Both the position numbers and the translations under genes were made by a program. Shown piece by piece: positions 8,750-16,872 of a DNA stretch of 26,822 nucleotides. Source of the DNA: a virus (Duplodnaviria; Caudoviricetes). The stretch's first letter is position 1; each line of letters starts with the position of its first letter. The notes under the pieces were generated by a model, which was not told where the DNA came from, made no database searches, and saw only the letters and a program-made list of their open reading frames with translations. Where the stretch lies: positions 1-26,822 of the IMG/VR virus record IMGVR_UViG_3300005805_000394. One strand, written 5' to 3'.

Positions 8750-9769
8750 TTAGAATGTACCACCATCAACAGTAACATTGTCCAAGTTTGTTCCGCTTAG
8801 AACAGTTGTATTGTTAATCTTGAATACTTTTCCACTAAGCAGATTAAAGTGCTCCGAGGATGTCCATGCGTCTGTTGCATCAACCCAATTAAGTGTTTTT
8901 GTTGTTGCACCAAGCACCGAAATACCCGCACCATCTGCTGTTGTATCATCTGGGCTTGCAACATTAGCAAGAACAATGTTCTTATCCTCAACTGTAATTG
9001 TTGCAGTATTAAGAGTTGTTGTATTACCTTGAACTGTAAGATCGCCAGTAACTGTTAAGTTATTTGCGATTGTAACATTTGCCGGCAGACTTAATGTGAC
9101 AGCGCCAACACCAGAGTTGGAAACTGTAATTTCATTTGCAGTACCTGTTAAACCAGTAACAAGATTTGTTGCTCTATCGCTAATTTGCGATGCAGTAATT
9201 GAAATTGTGGAGTTTGCAGCGGCAGTCAAACGACCCTGTGCGTCAACTGTAAATGTCGCAACTGTTCCTGCACCACCGTAGCTGGCAGCGGTAACAGATG
9301 TATTATCAAGATTAATTGTAACAGTATCTGTCGCACCAGCAACTGAAGAGAGACCTGTGCCGCCAGAAATTGTGAGGGTGTCAGAACCAGTTGTAATTGT
9401 TTGAGAAGTTCCACCATCCCCAGCGACTGTAAATGATGTGGCAACATTTGCAATTGCATTGTCAACATATAATTTTGTTACAGCATGACCATTTGCAGAC
9501 GGAGTTGGAACAATTACTAATCCATTGAATGTTGTATTGCCATTAACTGTTTTATTACCAGTTACAGTTTGATCACTTGATAATGTAAGAAACGCTCCAG
9601 AACCACCAATTGCCAAAACAGTAGTTGCCGTGCCATCAACTCCACCAGTACCTTCACCATAGTAAAGTACATCATCAACTTCGTTAAATGCTAATTCTGC
9701 ATTTTCCAAACTTGCTGGTGCGCCTGCTGCGCCAGAAGCTCTGCGCTTAATCCTAATCTTGTTAGCCAT
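8750..9769 (-). CDS. Fibre-like structural protein, 339 aa
   Basis: Fibre N-terminal module (IRIKRRASGAAGAPASLENAELAFNEVDDVLYYG), HAVTKLYVD and TVDAQGRLTAA fibre motifs, and a beta-repeat segment NLTVTGDLTVQGNTTTLNT. Confidence 0.7.
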   Translation of the reverse strand: MANKIRIKRRASGAAGAPASLENAELAFNEVDDVLYYGEGTGGVDGTATTVLAIGGSGAFLTLSSDQTVTGNKTVNGNTTFNGLVIVPTPSANGHAVTKLYVDNAIANVATSFTVAGDGGTSQTITTGSDTLTISGGTGLSSVAGATDTVTINLDNTSVTAASYGGAGTVATFTVDAQGRLTAAANSTISITASQISDRATNLVTGLTGTANEITVSNSGVGAVTLSLPANVTIANNLTVTGDLTVQGNTTTLNTATITVEDKNIVLANVASPDDTTADGAGISVLGATTKTLNWVDATDAWTSSEHFNLLSGKVFKINNTTVLSGTNLDNVTVDGGTF

Positions 9770-10008
9770 TAGTAGTTTCCTCCATCCAGCAACAGATCGG
9801 CTGCGCTGTGAACATGGTCAGCCCTAGCCGCCACATTACTTGTTCCAACACTTCCTGTTCTTGCGATATCAGATGGTGTTGCATTACTTAAACTTAAACT
9901 TGCTAAATTAATTGTACCACTGCTTTGTGTTAAAACGGTAGTTTGTATAACTTGGGAAACATTTGAAATTTGTGCCGGGTATACTTGAACTGTTGTTAAA
10001 TCAGCCAT
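9769..10008 (-). CDS. Small fibre-related protein, 79 aa
   Basis: Contains the ARADHVH motif seen in phage fibre repeats and ends in LDGGNY. TAATG coupling on both sides. Confidence 0.6.
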   Translation of the reverse strand: MADLTTVQVYPAQISNVSQVIQTTVLTQSSGTINLASLSLSNATPSDIARTGSVGTSNVAARADHVHSAADLLLDGGNY

Positions 10009-10340
10009 TATCGAGTAACCTCACCAGTAATAACAGCATTACCTGTCAATATGGTTGTAACGGTAGCCCCATTAACTTCCTGAAAGTCATACACATACGT
10101 GCCCGGTCGTAAATTTGCCGTTGCTGCGGGGAGTAAACTAAACACAACGATACCGTTAGCCCCATCAGTAATTTCAGTAGAAAAGGTTGCAGAAATAGTA
10201 TCTGATGTTCTTCTTTTTCTGATTTGACCAGAATATGTTCTTGAAGTTATATTTATAACGGCATTTGCATTATTTTTTAAAGTTAATTGATGAGCGTAAT
10301 TATCGCCCTGATAGATTTCAATATTTCTAGTTGCCGGCAT
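10008..10340 (-). CDS. Small beta-sandwich virion protein (fibre/baseplate adaptor-like), 110 aa
   Basis: Pattern IEIYQGD...INIT...GQIRK...GTYVYDFQEV...TILTGNAVITGEVTR is typical of small phage structural adaptors. GGAG RBS present. Confidence 0.6.
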   Translation of the reverse strand: MPATRNIEIYQGDNYAHQLTLKNNANAVINITSRTYSGQIRKRRTSDTISATFSTEITDGANGIVVFSLLPAATANLRPGTYVYDFQEVNGATVTTILTGNAVITGEVTR

Positions 10341-10372
10341 AATATCTCCTATAAGATATTAGCAAAGATTGA

Positions 10373-11194
10373 TTAAGCCAGCAAAGCTTCCCAAGTAAGC
10401 AGATCAACATTACCTGATGCTTCAATACCTCTGCTTAGCTGGAAGCTCTTAACAATTGCCTGGGTCTTTGGACCAAAATCTCCATCATCTTTGCATTCAA
10501 AACCATGCTTTGAGAGCAATCTTTGTGCTTGCTTAATCGCCTGCCCTTTATTACCTTTTGTAATCACAGGCATCGCCTTTGCTTGCTCTTTTGCATTTGG
10601 ATTTGGTGTTGAAACCTGGGCTGGCGTTGCCGGCTGAGTGGGTGTTTCACCACCAGATTTTGCAATGTATTCAACAACGGCAGCAGGAGGATTATCTCCT
10701 TCTGTATATCGCAAATGCCATGGTTCCTCTGGGACAACTTCCCAGCTAAATCCAAACTTGCGAACATTAGCAATCAACCATTCTAATCTCTTTGGCTCTG
10801 CCGCTGTATGAACATCAACAGCCAAACCGCTATTATGCTGACTCGTACCCGGCGCAGCAAGGCTTGCCAGTTTTGGATCTTTCTTATACCACTTAACACC
10901 TTCAAATGTTCTTGTTTGTGCGCCTTCAATTGGCTCTTTCTGATATCTTTGTCTAAACGCCATCAATTGGGATTCAAATGAACGATATGTATCCCCAGCC
11001 GAAACTGGCTTGAGTTCAACACCATCTGCCTTTGCAGCCTCAACCATTGCATCCCAAGCAGCCGCAGCTCTCCAATGCAACTTGCCTCCACCCTTAACAG
11101 GCTTCAGCAACTTCTCTGGCAACTTACCGGGAGCAACACCCTCAAGATCTGCTGGTTTTCTTACCGGTGCAATGATATTCCACTTAACGCTCAT
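10373..11194 (-). CDS. Endolysin: M15 (VanY-like) Zn peptidase plus C-terminal peptidoglycan-binding domain
   Basis: Catalytic motifs YRS..Q, SQHNSGLAVD (SxHxxGxAxD) and EPWH, a Pro/Thr linker, and a PG_binding_1-like domain (DGDFGPKTQAIVKSFQ...GNVDLLTW). Start chosen at ATG 11194 (MSVKW), just after the upstream stop. Confidence 0.9.
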   Translation of the reverse strand: MSVKWNIIAPVRKPADLEGVAPGKLPEKLLKPVKGGGKLHWRAAAAWDAMVEAAKADGVELKPVSAGDTYRSFESQLMAFRQRYQKEPIEGAQTRTFEGVKWYKKDPKLASLAAPGTSQHNSGLAVDVHTAAEPKRLEWLIANVRKFGFSWEVVPEEPWHLRYTEGDNPPAAVVEYIAKSGGETPTQPATPAQVSTPNPNAKEQAKAMPVITKGNKGQAIKQAQRLLSKHGFECKDDGDFGPKTQAIVKSFQLSRGIEASGNVDLLTWEALLA

Positions 11195-11195
11195 T

Positions 11196-11450
11196 TTAAA
11201 CTTCTTCCTCCTTTTTGGCTTTCTTATCAACTTTGTTAAAAACTTGATTGATTTCATCAAGACTTAGTTTACCATCATCTAGGAATGCACGTGACAATCC
11301 TTCAACAACAGTAGCAACGCCAGCAATCCCCGCCATAAAAACTGCCTTCCAAACGGGAACGCCAGCGATTGTACCTGCTCCAACGACACCTAGCCCTGAA
11401 GCCGCAAAAGTCGCCAATATACGAAGGCATATATTTTTGACTTGATCCAT
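11196..11450 (-). CDS. Putative holin, 84 aa
   Basis: Two hydrophobic segments and a highly charged C-tail (KVDKKAKKEEEV), immediately upstream of the endolysin. Confidence 0.7.
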   Translation of the reverse strand: MDQVKNICLRILATFAASGLGVVGAGTIAGVPVWKAVFMAGIAGVATVVEGLSRAFLDDGKLSLDEINQVFNKVDKKAKKEEEV

Positions 11451-11453
11451 GCG

Positions 11454-11681
11454 TTATGCCTTCTTCTTTGGCGCTGCCTTTTCAGCGGGCTTCTTTGCCA
11501 AGAAAGAAGCAACTGTTGGGTCGCCAATTTTTGTTGATAACCATGCAAGAGCATAGGCAATTGCCGGTGTTAGAACCGCAACAACCTCTGCATCCAAATT
11601 CTGCTTAGTAGCTAGATACACCCAGACTCCGAGTGCACCGCCTTTTACTGCTTGATCTAAGTTTTGTGACTTAGTAGACAT
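11454..11681 (-). CDS. Second holin-like or antiholin membrane protein, 75 aa
   Basis: Two hydrophobic segments and a very basic C-tail (AKKPAEKAAPKKKA). First gene of the lysis cluster. Confidence 0.55.
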   Translation of the reverse strand: MSTKSQNLDQAVKGGALGVWVYLATKQNLDAEVVAVLTPAIAYALAWLSTKIGDPTVASFLAKKPAEKAAPKKKA

Positions 11682-11723
11682 GGATCACCTCCTTGCCCCA
11701 ATGGGCATGAGATAATTATACAC
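11681..11723 (-). promoter_or_regulatory. Lysis cassette leader: TATAAT -10 box, small hairpin and extended Shine-Dalgarno
   Basis: Minus strand reads GTG-TATAAT (11715-11720)-tatctca-TGCCC-attg-GGGCA-AGGAGGTGATCC-ATG. Confidence 0.65.
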
Positions 11724-11729
11724 TATAGA

Positions 11730-14108
11730 CTACTCCATGTCATTCTTTAATATCTCATGCAGATAATGAATAAATAGGGCAATTAATGTAGCAATACCGG
11801 CAAGTCTTTGGGTTGTGCCAGATAGGGTAATATAAACAACAAAGCTACCAGCTAATGTAAAAGCCAGCCCTGCTGTTATATCCCAAAGTTTTTTACTAAA
11901 GCCAAACCAGTTAAATTTCTTCATTTCAATTCCCTCCTTTATATAATACTTGAAGATACTATTATGTGCATAATCTGTATCATCATCATCTTCTGGACCA
12001 GCAATTTCACCTGCTGGCTCATCTCCAGATTCTTCTTCTTTTCTACTTCTAGCTTCACCAGTTGACCCGCCGCCACCAGAACTACCACCACCACTACCAC
12101 CACTAGAACCACCTGTTGGAGAACTTCCAGATGATGGCGGAACTGCGGCAAGAGTTGTCGTTGCTGTTAATGTTGCAATTGCAGCAATAACTGTTTTTCT
12201 TGCACCGACATCAATTGTTGATCCGACTGGAACATAGTTATCAAAACCACCGCCATAAATGTCAACTTCTTCTTCAAAGGCTTCTTTAACTTCTTGCGGT
12301 GCATTTTGAATTACTTCAATGATCGCCTCTTTTTGCTCATCGGTAAGTTCATCGGGTTCAATTGCTTTAAAAACCTCTTTTAACTCCTCAACAGGGGCTT
12401 CTGCGACATCAATCTTTAAAATCGCCCCTACGGCTTCCTGAGATGACTGGATGCCTTCTGGAATGGTCACGGGAGGGGTATTTTCTTCCTCCTCTACCAG
12501 ATCCTCTTCATTTTCTAAAATAGTTGTATCCACCGCAGGTTCTGGCTCTGTTGTTTCAGTTACAGGCTCTGTGGTGGTTGTTGACTCCTCTTCGGGCTCA
12601 GTAGTTGTTGTTTCTTCGGGCTCAGTAGTAGTTGTAGTCTCTTCTTCAGGTTCTGTCGTTGTAGTTTCTTCAGGCTCTGTTGTAGTAGTTGTCTCCTCCT
12701 CTGGCTCAGTAGTAGTAGTTACTGGAGGCTCTGTCGTGGTGGTTGTAGATGTTGTTGTAGCAGGTGGCACATATACAGTTGTTGTAGTAGTCTCGGGAGG
12801 TAATGTTGTTGTCGTTGCTGTGGTACTGGTTGAAGATGTCGTTGGCGGGATTGTCGTTGTGGAAGTCGTTGAAGTCGTCGTTGAAGTCGTTTCAGGAACA
12901 GTCGTTGTAGTTGTTGTAGGGATTGAAGTAAGAGATGTTTTTGTAAAAGCAGATTCTGGTACAACTGTCCAACTATTATCCGTAGTTGTTCTCCAATATA
13001 ATGTTGTCCAAGCACCGCCACCATTTTCATAATACCAATAAGTGAATTGTCTAGGAACTCCGGCAGTAAACTCTTGAGGTTGTGTTTGGTTGCCACCACC
13101 ACCCTTGTCACGCCAGTTATTATCAATCAAAACCTCATCAAGAAAAAATTTGGTTCCGTCATCTGCTGTTGGTAAAAATATGATTTGGGCTGTTACTTGA
13201 GAGGTGATATACCCTTCATACTTAACAATAAAATCATCGTAAAGACCAAACTGTGGGTTTGTGTCAAATGATTGATTAATATTTAAATACTCAACTGTTC
13301 CAGATGGCTGAACACCTGAGGATGTTGGTAGTGGTGGCGATCCACCGTATCCAGGATTGCTATAAAATGTTGCATTTATACCCGGTTCAACAGATGGTGG
13401 CAATGTCGTTGTTGTCGGAGGAGCAGTCGTTGTAGTAGTTGTAGTTGTTGTGGTAGTCGTAGTAGTAGTTGTTGTAGTTGTACTTGTTGTCGTTGTAACG
13501 CCGGAATTAATTTGAACAGCAGTTAATCCGATACACGGTTGATATCCACTACCACCAGAACATGTTTGCCATCCAAGAGATGATGTCCAACTAGAATTAG
13601 TATTAAATTCTGTGTTTGTTAAAAGTTCAACTCCATCTAATTTAAGAGAAGCCGATTCAACTTGTGTTCCATAATTCCCAGCCCAAAACTCTCCATCTTG
13701 ACCAGTTATTGACAATCTAACGCTTGCAACACTATCCCATCCAGCGCCAACACCAGCGGCTGTAATTGTTAAAGTATAATCATTAAAAGTTCCGTTATCA
13801 GTTAATAATATTTGCCCAGTGCTGTGGGAATATATTCCACCACCTCCAGCACCATAAAGATTTATCCCAACAGTAAGTCTATCTGATGAAGTTTTCCAGT
13901 CTTGAGCTTCGGCGGCGCTTACAGTAGCAACTAATGTTGAACCAGAATTCCAGTCTTGTGGAGCATTTACTTCTTGATATACAGTCGCTGGTTGCCAAGC
14001 GAATACAAGCTTGTTACCATCAGCAGCAAAGGTGATAATTGGGGTGAATATGGCAAGAATTGCCACAGGCAGTATTATCCACCACCCCTTGCGCAGATTG
14101 AGATTCAT
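11730..14108 (-). CDS. Exported membrane protein, 792 aa: lectin-like domain, PA14 domain, Thr/Glu/Pro stalk and C-terminal TM helices
   Basis: N-terminal signal peptide (RKGWWIILPVAILAIFTPIITFAA). PA14 motifs (GINATFY...FIVKYEGYI...TADDGTKFFLD...YYENGGGA...LYW...VVPESAF). Poly-Thr and TEPEEETTT repeats. Two terminal hydrophobic helices. Confidence 0.85.
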   Translation of the reverse strand: MNLNLRKGWWIILPVAILAIFTPIITFAADGNKLVFAWQPATVYQEVNAPQDWNSGSTLVATVSAAEAQDWKTSSDRLTVGINLYGAGGGGIYSHSTGQILLTDNGTFNDYTLTITAAGVGAGWDSVASVRLSITGQDGEFWAGNYGTQVESASLKLDGVELLTNTEFNTNSSWTSSLGWQTCSGGSGYQPCIGLTAVQINSGVTTTTSTTTTTTTTTTTTTTTTTTTAPPTTTTLPPSVEPGINATFYSNPGYGGSPPLPTSSGVQPSGTVEYLNINQSFDTNPQFGLYDDFIVKYEGYITSQVTAQIIFLPTADDGTKFFLDEVLIDNNWRDKGGGGNQTQPQEFTAGVPRQFTYWYYENGGGAWTTLYWRTTTDNSWTVVPESAFTKTSLTSIPTTTTTTVPETTSTTTSTTSTTTIPPTTSSTSTTATTTTLPPETTTTTVYVPPATTTSTTTTTEPPVTTTTEPEEETTTTTEPEETTTTEPEEETTTTTEPEETTTTEPEEESTTTTEPVTETTEPEPAVDTTILENEEDLVEEEENTPPVTIPEGIQSSQEAVGAILKIDVAEAPVEELKEVFKAIEPDELTDEQKEAIIEVIQNAPQEVKEAFEEEVDIYGGGFDNYVPVGSTIDVGARKTVIAAIATLTATTTLAAVPPSSGSSPTGGSSGGSGGGSSGGGGSTGEARSRKEEESGDEPAGEIAGPEDDDDTDYAHNSIFKYYIKEGIEMKKFNWFGFSKKLWDITAGLAFTLAGSFVVYITLSGTTQRLAGIATLIALFIHYLHEILKNDME
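12540..12920. repeat. Low-complexity Thr-rich / TEPEEETTTT coding repeats (a second poly-Thr run lies at ~13405-13500)
   Basis: GTT/GTA/GTC triplet runs on the plus strand and degenerate 24-30-bp units encoding TTTTEPEEE. Confidence 0.9.
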
Positions 14109-14381
14109 TTATCCCTCCTGCGTAGTATCCTCTTTACCTTCTTTATTCCTTCCCGTAGAAATCATCAAACCCGCTAGCGTTCCTGTAATAAATGTTGCAA
14201 CGCTGGAGAGGACTCCGAAGAACATCTTGTCATTTTCCGCCTGAGCGCCGATTGGTTGAGCAACAAAAACAAGTGCGTAAAGAACACCGATTGTAGTAAT
14301 TGTCAAAACCAAACCAAGAATACAGCCAACAACAAATTTAAGTCTGGCATCTAGTTCTTCTGAAGTATATCTCTTTCTCAC
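14109..14381 (-). CDS. Two-TM membrane protein, 90 aa
   Basis: GTG 14381 overlaps the lipoprotein stop (GTGA) and follows GGAGGAGG. TM segments FVVGCILGLVLTITTIGVLYALVFV and FFGVLSSVATFITGTLAGLMI. Confidence 0.8.
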   Translation of the reverse strand: MRKRYTSEELDARLKFVVGCILGLVLTITTIGVLYALVFVAQPIGAQAENDKMFFGVLSSVATFITGTLAGLMISTGRNKEGKEDTTQEG

Positions 14382-14563
14382 GGCTGATCCTCCTCCCAAT
14401 CGAAACCTACCAAGTCTTTTGAACACGCTCCATCTACTTTGCATAATGGTGGATTGCACTCCTCTTTTTCCCAATTAGCTGAGTCTTGACATTCATAACG
14501 ATAATGACCCTGATAGCCACAACCTGCAAGAATCAAGAATAAAATTGGGATTAATTTTTTCAC
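14378..14563 (-). CDS. Small Cys-rich lipoprotein, 61 aa
   Basis: MKKLIPILFLILAG-C lipobox, with four further Cys (YECQD...EECNPPLCKVDGAC). Confidence 0.8.
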   Translation of the reverse strand: MKKLIPILFLILAGCGYQGHYRYECQDSANWEKEECNPPLCKVDGACSKDLVGFDWEEDQP

Positions 14564-14590
14564 TTAACTATTATAAACCAGTTTTTATTA

Positions 14591-15526
14591 TTAAAGAGTA
14601 AAAGATCCTGAACCTGTAAAAGTATAAATATGATAGCCGCTAGAATTTAAGTAAGATGGGCTACCTGTAGTGGTAGCTTGCGGAAAAGATGTTGAGTAGC
14701 GAATAATAACAACTCCAGAACCTCCATTGGAGCCACCAACTGCACCGTGATTATTGTTTTGTGTTCCACCGGCTCCACCTCCGCCAGTATTGGCTGTACC
14801 TCCACTGCCACCATAACCTGTTGCATCTCCTGCGCCACCACCTTCAACATCTGCATTTGCACCACCGCCTCCACCTCCAGCTCTTTTAGTAGCTGTTCCA
14901 GTTATTGAAGATGTTACTGCTCTACCTCCAGATCCTGCGCTTACGCTATTACCAGCACTGGCTGAGCCTCCGCCACCACCAGGCTGCCCAGAAACTTGTG
15001 GACCTCCGTTGTAACCTTGCCCTGATGTTCCAGTTCCTCCCGAAGCACCAGCACCGCCAGAACCGCCTCCAGAACCGCCATTTTGACCGCTATTATAACC
15101 AGAACCGCCTCCAGATCCACCACCGCCAACTGAAGTTATTGTAGTTATATTACTTCCACTTATTGAACTGTTTGAACCATTCGTTGGACCTGTTCCACCA
15201 GAACCAGGACCACCAACAGTTATTGTATATGTAACCCCAGATTGCGCAAAAATGCGTGGCTCTGTTGATAATCCACCACCAGTATTTTCAGTACCAACAG
15301 ATGAGCGATAACCACCTGCACCACCGCCACCACCGTTTGGACCAAAGTAAGTACCCCTTCCTCCGCCACCTCCGCCAGCAATGCAAAGCCACTCAACCTC
15401 AATTGGACTACCTGCCCAATTATTTTGACCTCGCTCTTGTTGATGAGCAGACAAGCTCCAGATACCAGATGCTGAAGATACACTTACCGTTTGACGGGGA
15501 CCAACTCTACCGCCTCTTCTTGCCAT
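14591..15526 (-). CDS. Glycine-rich adhesin-like virion protein (cassette D), 311 aa
   Basis: VEWLCIAGGGGGG...GGGGAGGYRSS...YTITVGG...ANTGGGG...GGSGVVIIRY...YHIYTFTGSGSF: polyglycine runs framed by beta strands. Confidence 0.75.
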   Translation of the reverse strand: MARRGGRVGPRQTVSVSSASGIWSLSAHQQERGQNNWAGSPIEVEWLCIAGGGGGGRGTYFGPNGGGGGAGGYRSSVGTENTGGGLSTEPRIFAQSGVTYTITVGGPGSGGTGPTNGSNSSISGSNITTITSVGGGGSGGGSGYNSGQNGGSGGGSGGAGASGGTGTSGQGYNGGPQVSGQPGGGGGSASAGNSVSAGSGGRAVTSSITGTATKRAGGGGGGANADVEGGGAGDATGYGGSGGTANTGGGGAGGTQNNNHGAVGGSNGGSGVVIIRYSTSFPQATTTGSPSYLNSSGYHIYTFTGSGSFTL

Positions 15527-15528
15527 GA

Positions 15529-15882
15529 TTAACTAATTATTTCGTATGAACAAACCGCTTCAATATCAGAGTTTGCATTGGCGGTAAGTCTCAACGAATC
15601 TCCTTCTTCAAGATAAATAGATTTCGCAAGTACATCCAAGGTTGCATCTGCCGGAACTGAAATTGTTTTACCTATGTGGTAAGCCGTGGATGATCTAAAT
15701 ACATCAATATTTACATCAGCCGCATTTGTACCATCAACATTTGAAATATACAAAGCATTTACTTTTACTACCGTGTTGCTCGCAGCAGAATTTGTAACAA
15801 TTGCTGTAGCAGAAGTTGTAACAGCCATAACTGCTGTCTTTCCTGTAATTGTAGTAACATTGACTATATTGGGCGCTGCCAT
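15529..15882 (-). CDS. ~120-aa beta-sandwich adaptor-like protein (cassette D)
   Basis: MAAPNIVNV...VKVNALYISNVDGT...ISVPADATL...IYLEEGDSLR...VCSYEIIS; same size and strand pattern as 17769, 20268 and 25337. Confidence 0.7.
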   Translation of the reverse strand: MAAPNIVNVTTITGKTAVMAVTTSATAIVTNSAASNTVVKVNALYISNVDGTNAADVNIDVFRSSTAYHIGKTISVPADATLDVLAKSIYLEEGDSLRLTANANSDIEAVCSYEIIS

Positions 15883-15885
15883 AAA

Positions 15886-16206
15886 TTAACCTCCAAAGAC
15901 AATTGACATTGCAATTGCTTTACCAGTTGTTGCTGGTGTAAATCCTAAATTTGCTACAGCAACACCAGAAGCAAGTTTTGCATTTGTAATTGTACTATCC
16001 GCAATATCGGCGGCAACAATTGTATTTGCTGCAACCTTTGCAGATGTAACTGCGTTATCTGCAAGTTGTGCTGTATCAACAGAACCTGGTGGAACAACTC
16101 CAACATAGGCACTCAGTACCCATGTTGTACCGTTATAATACCAAGTTCTTCCACCCGCCGAATATGTATCATTCGTAGAAGGAGTGTTTGGAAAATCCAA
16201 GGGCAT
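15886..16206 (-). CDS. Short fibre/anchor protein, xxDFPNxPS family (cassette D)
   Basis: MPLDFPNTPSTNDTYSAGGRTWYYNGTTW, LADNAVTSAK-type repeats, and C-terminal TTGKAIAMSIVFGG. Confidence 0.7.
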   Translation of the reverse strand: MPLDFPNTPSTNDTYSAGGRTWYYNGTTWVLSAYVGVVPPGSVDTAQLADNAVTSAKVAANTIVAADIADSTITNAKLASGVAVANLGFTPATTGKAIAMSIVFGG

Positions 16207-16575
16207 TTAGACCCCCGGTGTTGTTACTTCATCCCACTGTTGGGTTGATTCATTCCAAGTCCAAAAGCCTTCGGTTGGGCGGGCAACAGGTGCTTCCCAA
16301 TCTGCTGTCTCTGTATTCAGAGTCCAAGATGGATATGGCTTTGGTGCAACAAATGCATCAAGCTCTGCATTAAATGTATAGCCGATCCCAGCATAACGCT
16401 TGCGGAAATTGTTGTTATAAGATGTTTGCTTCCAAGTACCGCCCAAAAGATTTGTGCAGAAAGCGGCTCCAACAGCATCTGACTCGGGGTATTCTCCACC
16501 ACCGCAGTCAGCATTGGAAACCACAATAACTTGGGTTACAACATTGTCTGAATTAATTTGGGCAAAATGAGCCAT
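16207..16575 (-). CDS. MAHFAQ-family companion protein, long form (122 aa)
   Basis: MAHFAQ...VTQVIVVSN...WKQTSYNNNFRKRYAGIGYTFN...DAFVAPKPYPSWTL. AGGAGG RBS and its own promoter-like motif. Confidence 0.8.
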   Translation of the reverse strand: MAHFAQINSDNVVTQVIVVSNADCGGGEYPESDAVGAAFCTNLLGGTWKQTSYNNNFRKRYAGIGYTFNAELDAFVAPKPYPSWTLNTETADWEAPVARPTEGFWTWNESTQQWDEVTTPGV

Positions 16576-16638
16576 TTTTAAAAATCCTCCTGTTAAAGAT
16601 TTCTCTTCTATATTACCATAAAAATATTAAAAGATCTA

Positions 16639-16872
16639 TTATTCCGCAACTTCAGGGGCGACAAACACATCATTTACAGCATCATAGATGTAGCCGATAC
16701 CTGCGTATTTGCCACGGAAGTTGGCGTTGTAAGAAGTCTGCTTCCATACGCCATCAAGTCCGAGCGATGCGACGAACGCTTGACCTGCTTCTTCGGTAGG
16801 TGCGTCGTTATTGCTGACCACGATTACTTGCTGAACAATGTTGTCGTCGTTGAGTTGAGCGAAGTGTGCCAT
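16639..16872 (-). CDS. MAHFAQ-family companion protein, 77 aa (cassette C)
   Basis: Paralog of 16207-16575 (WKQTSYNANFRGKYAGIGYIYDAVNDVFVAP). TAATG coupling to the upstream Gly-rich gene. Confidence 0.8.
   Translation of the reverse strand: MAHFAQLNDDNIVQQVIVVSNNDAPTEEAGQAFVASLGLDGVWKQTSYNANFRGKYAGIGYIYDAVNDVFVAPEVAE

Noticed and set aside
11681-11694. 16S rRNA gene fragment
   Set aside because: Only the 14-nt anti-SD tail matches; it is better explained as an extended RBS on the opposite strand.
10373-14474. ORF-track extended starts at 11260 (endolysin) and 14474 (2-TM protein)
   Set aside because: They overlap upstream genes extensively. ATG 11194 and GTG 14381 have better RBS or translational coupling context.
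14109-14563. Rz/Rz1-type two-component spanin
   Set aside because: The lipoprotein precedes a 2-TM protein with only a short loop and no long periplasmic coiled coil, which does not fit an i-spanin. A lysis-accessory role is not excluded.
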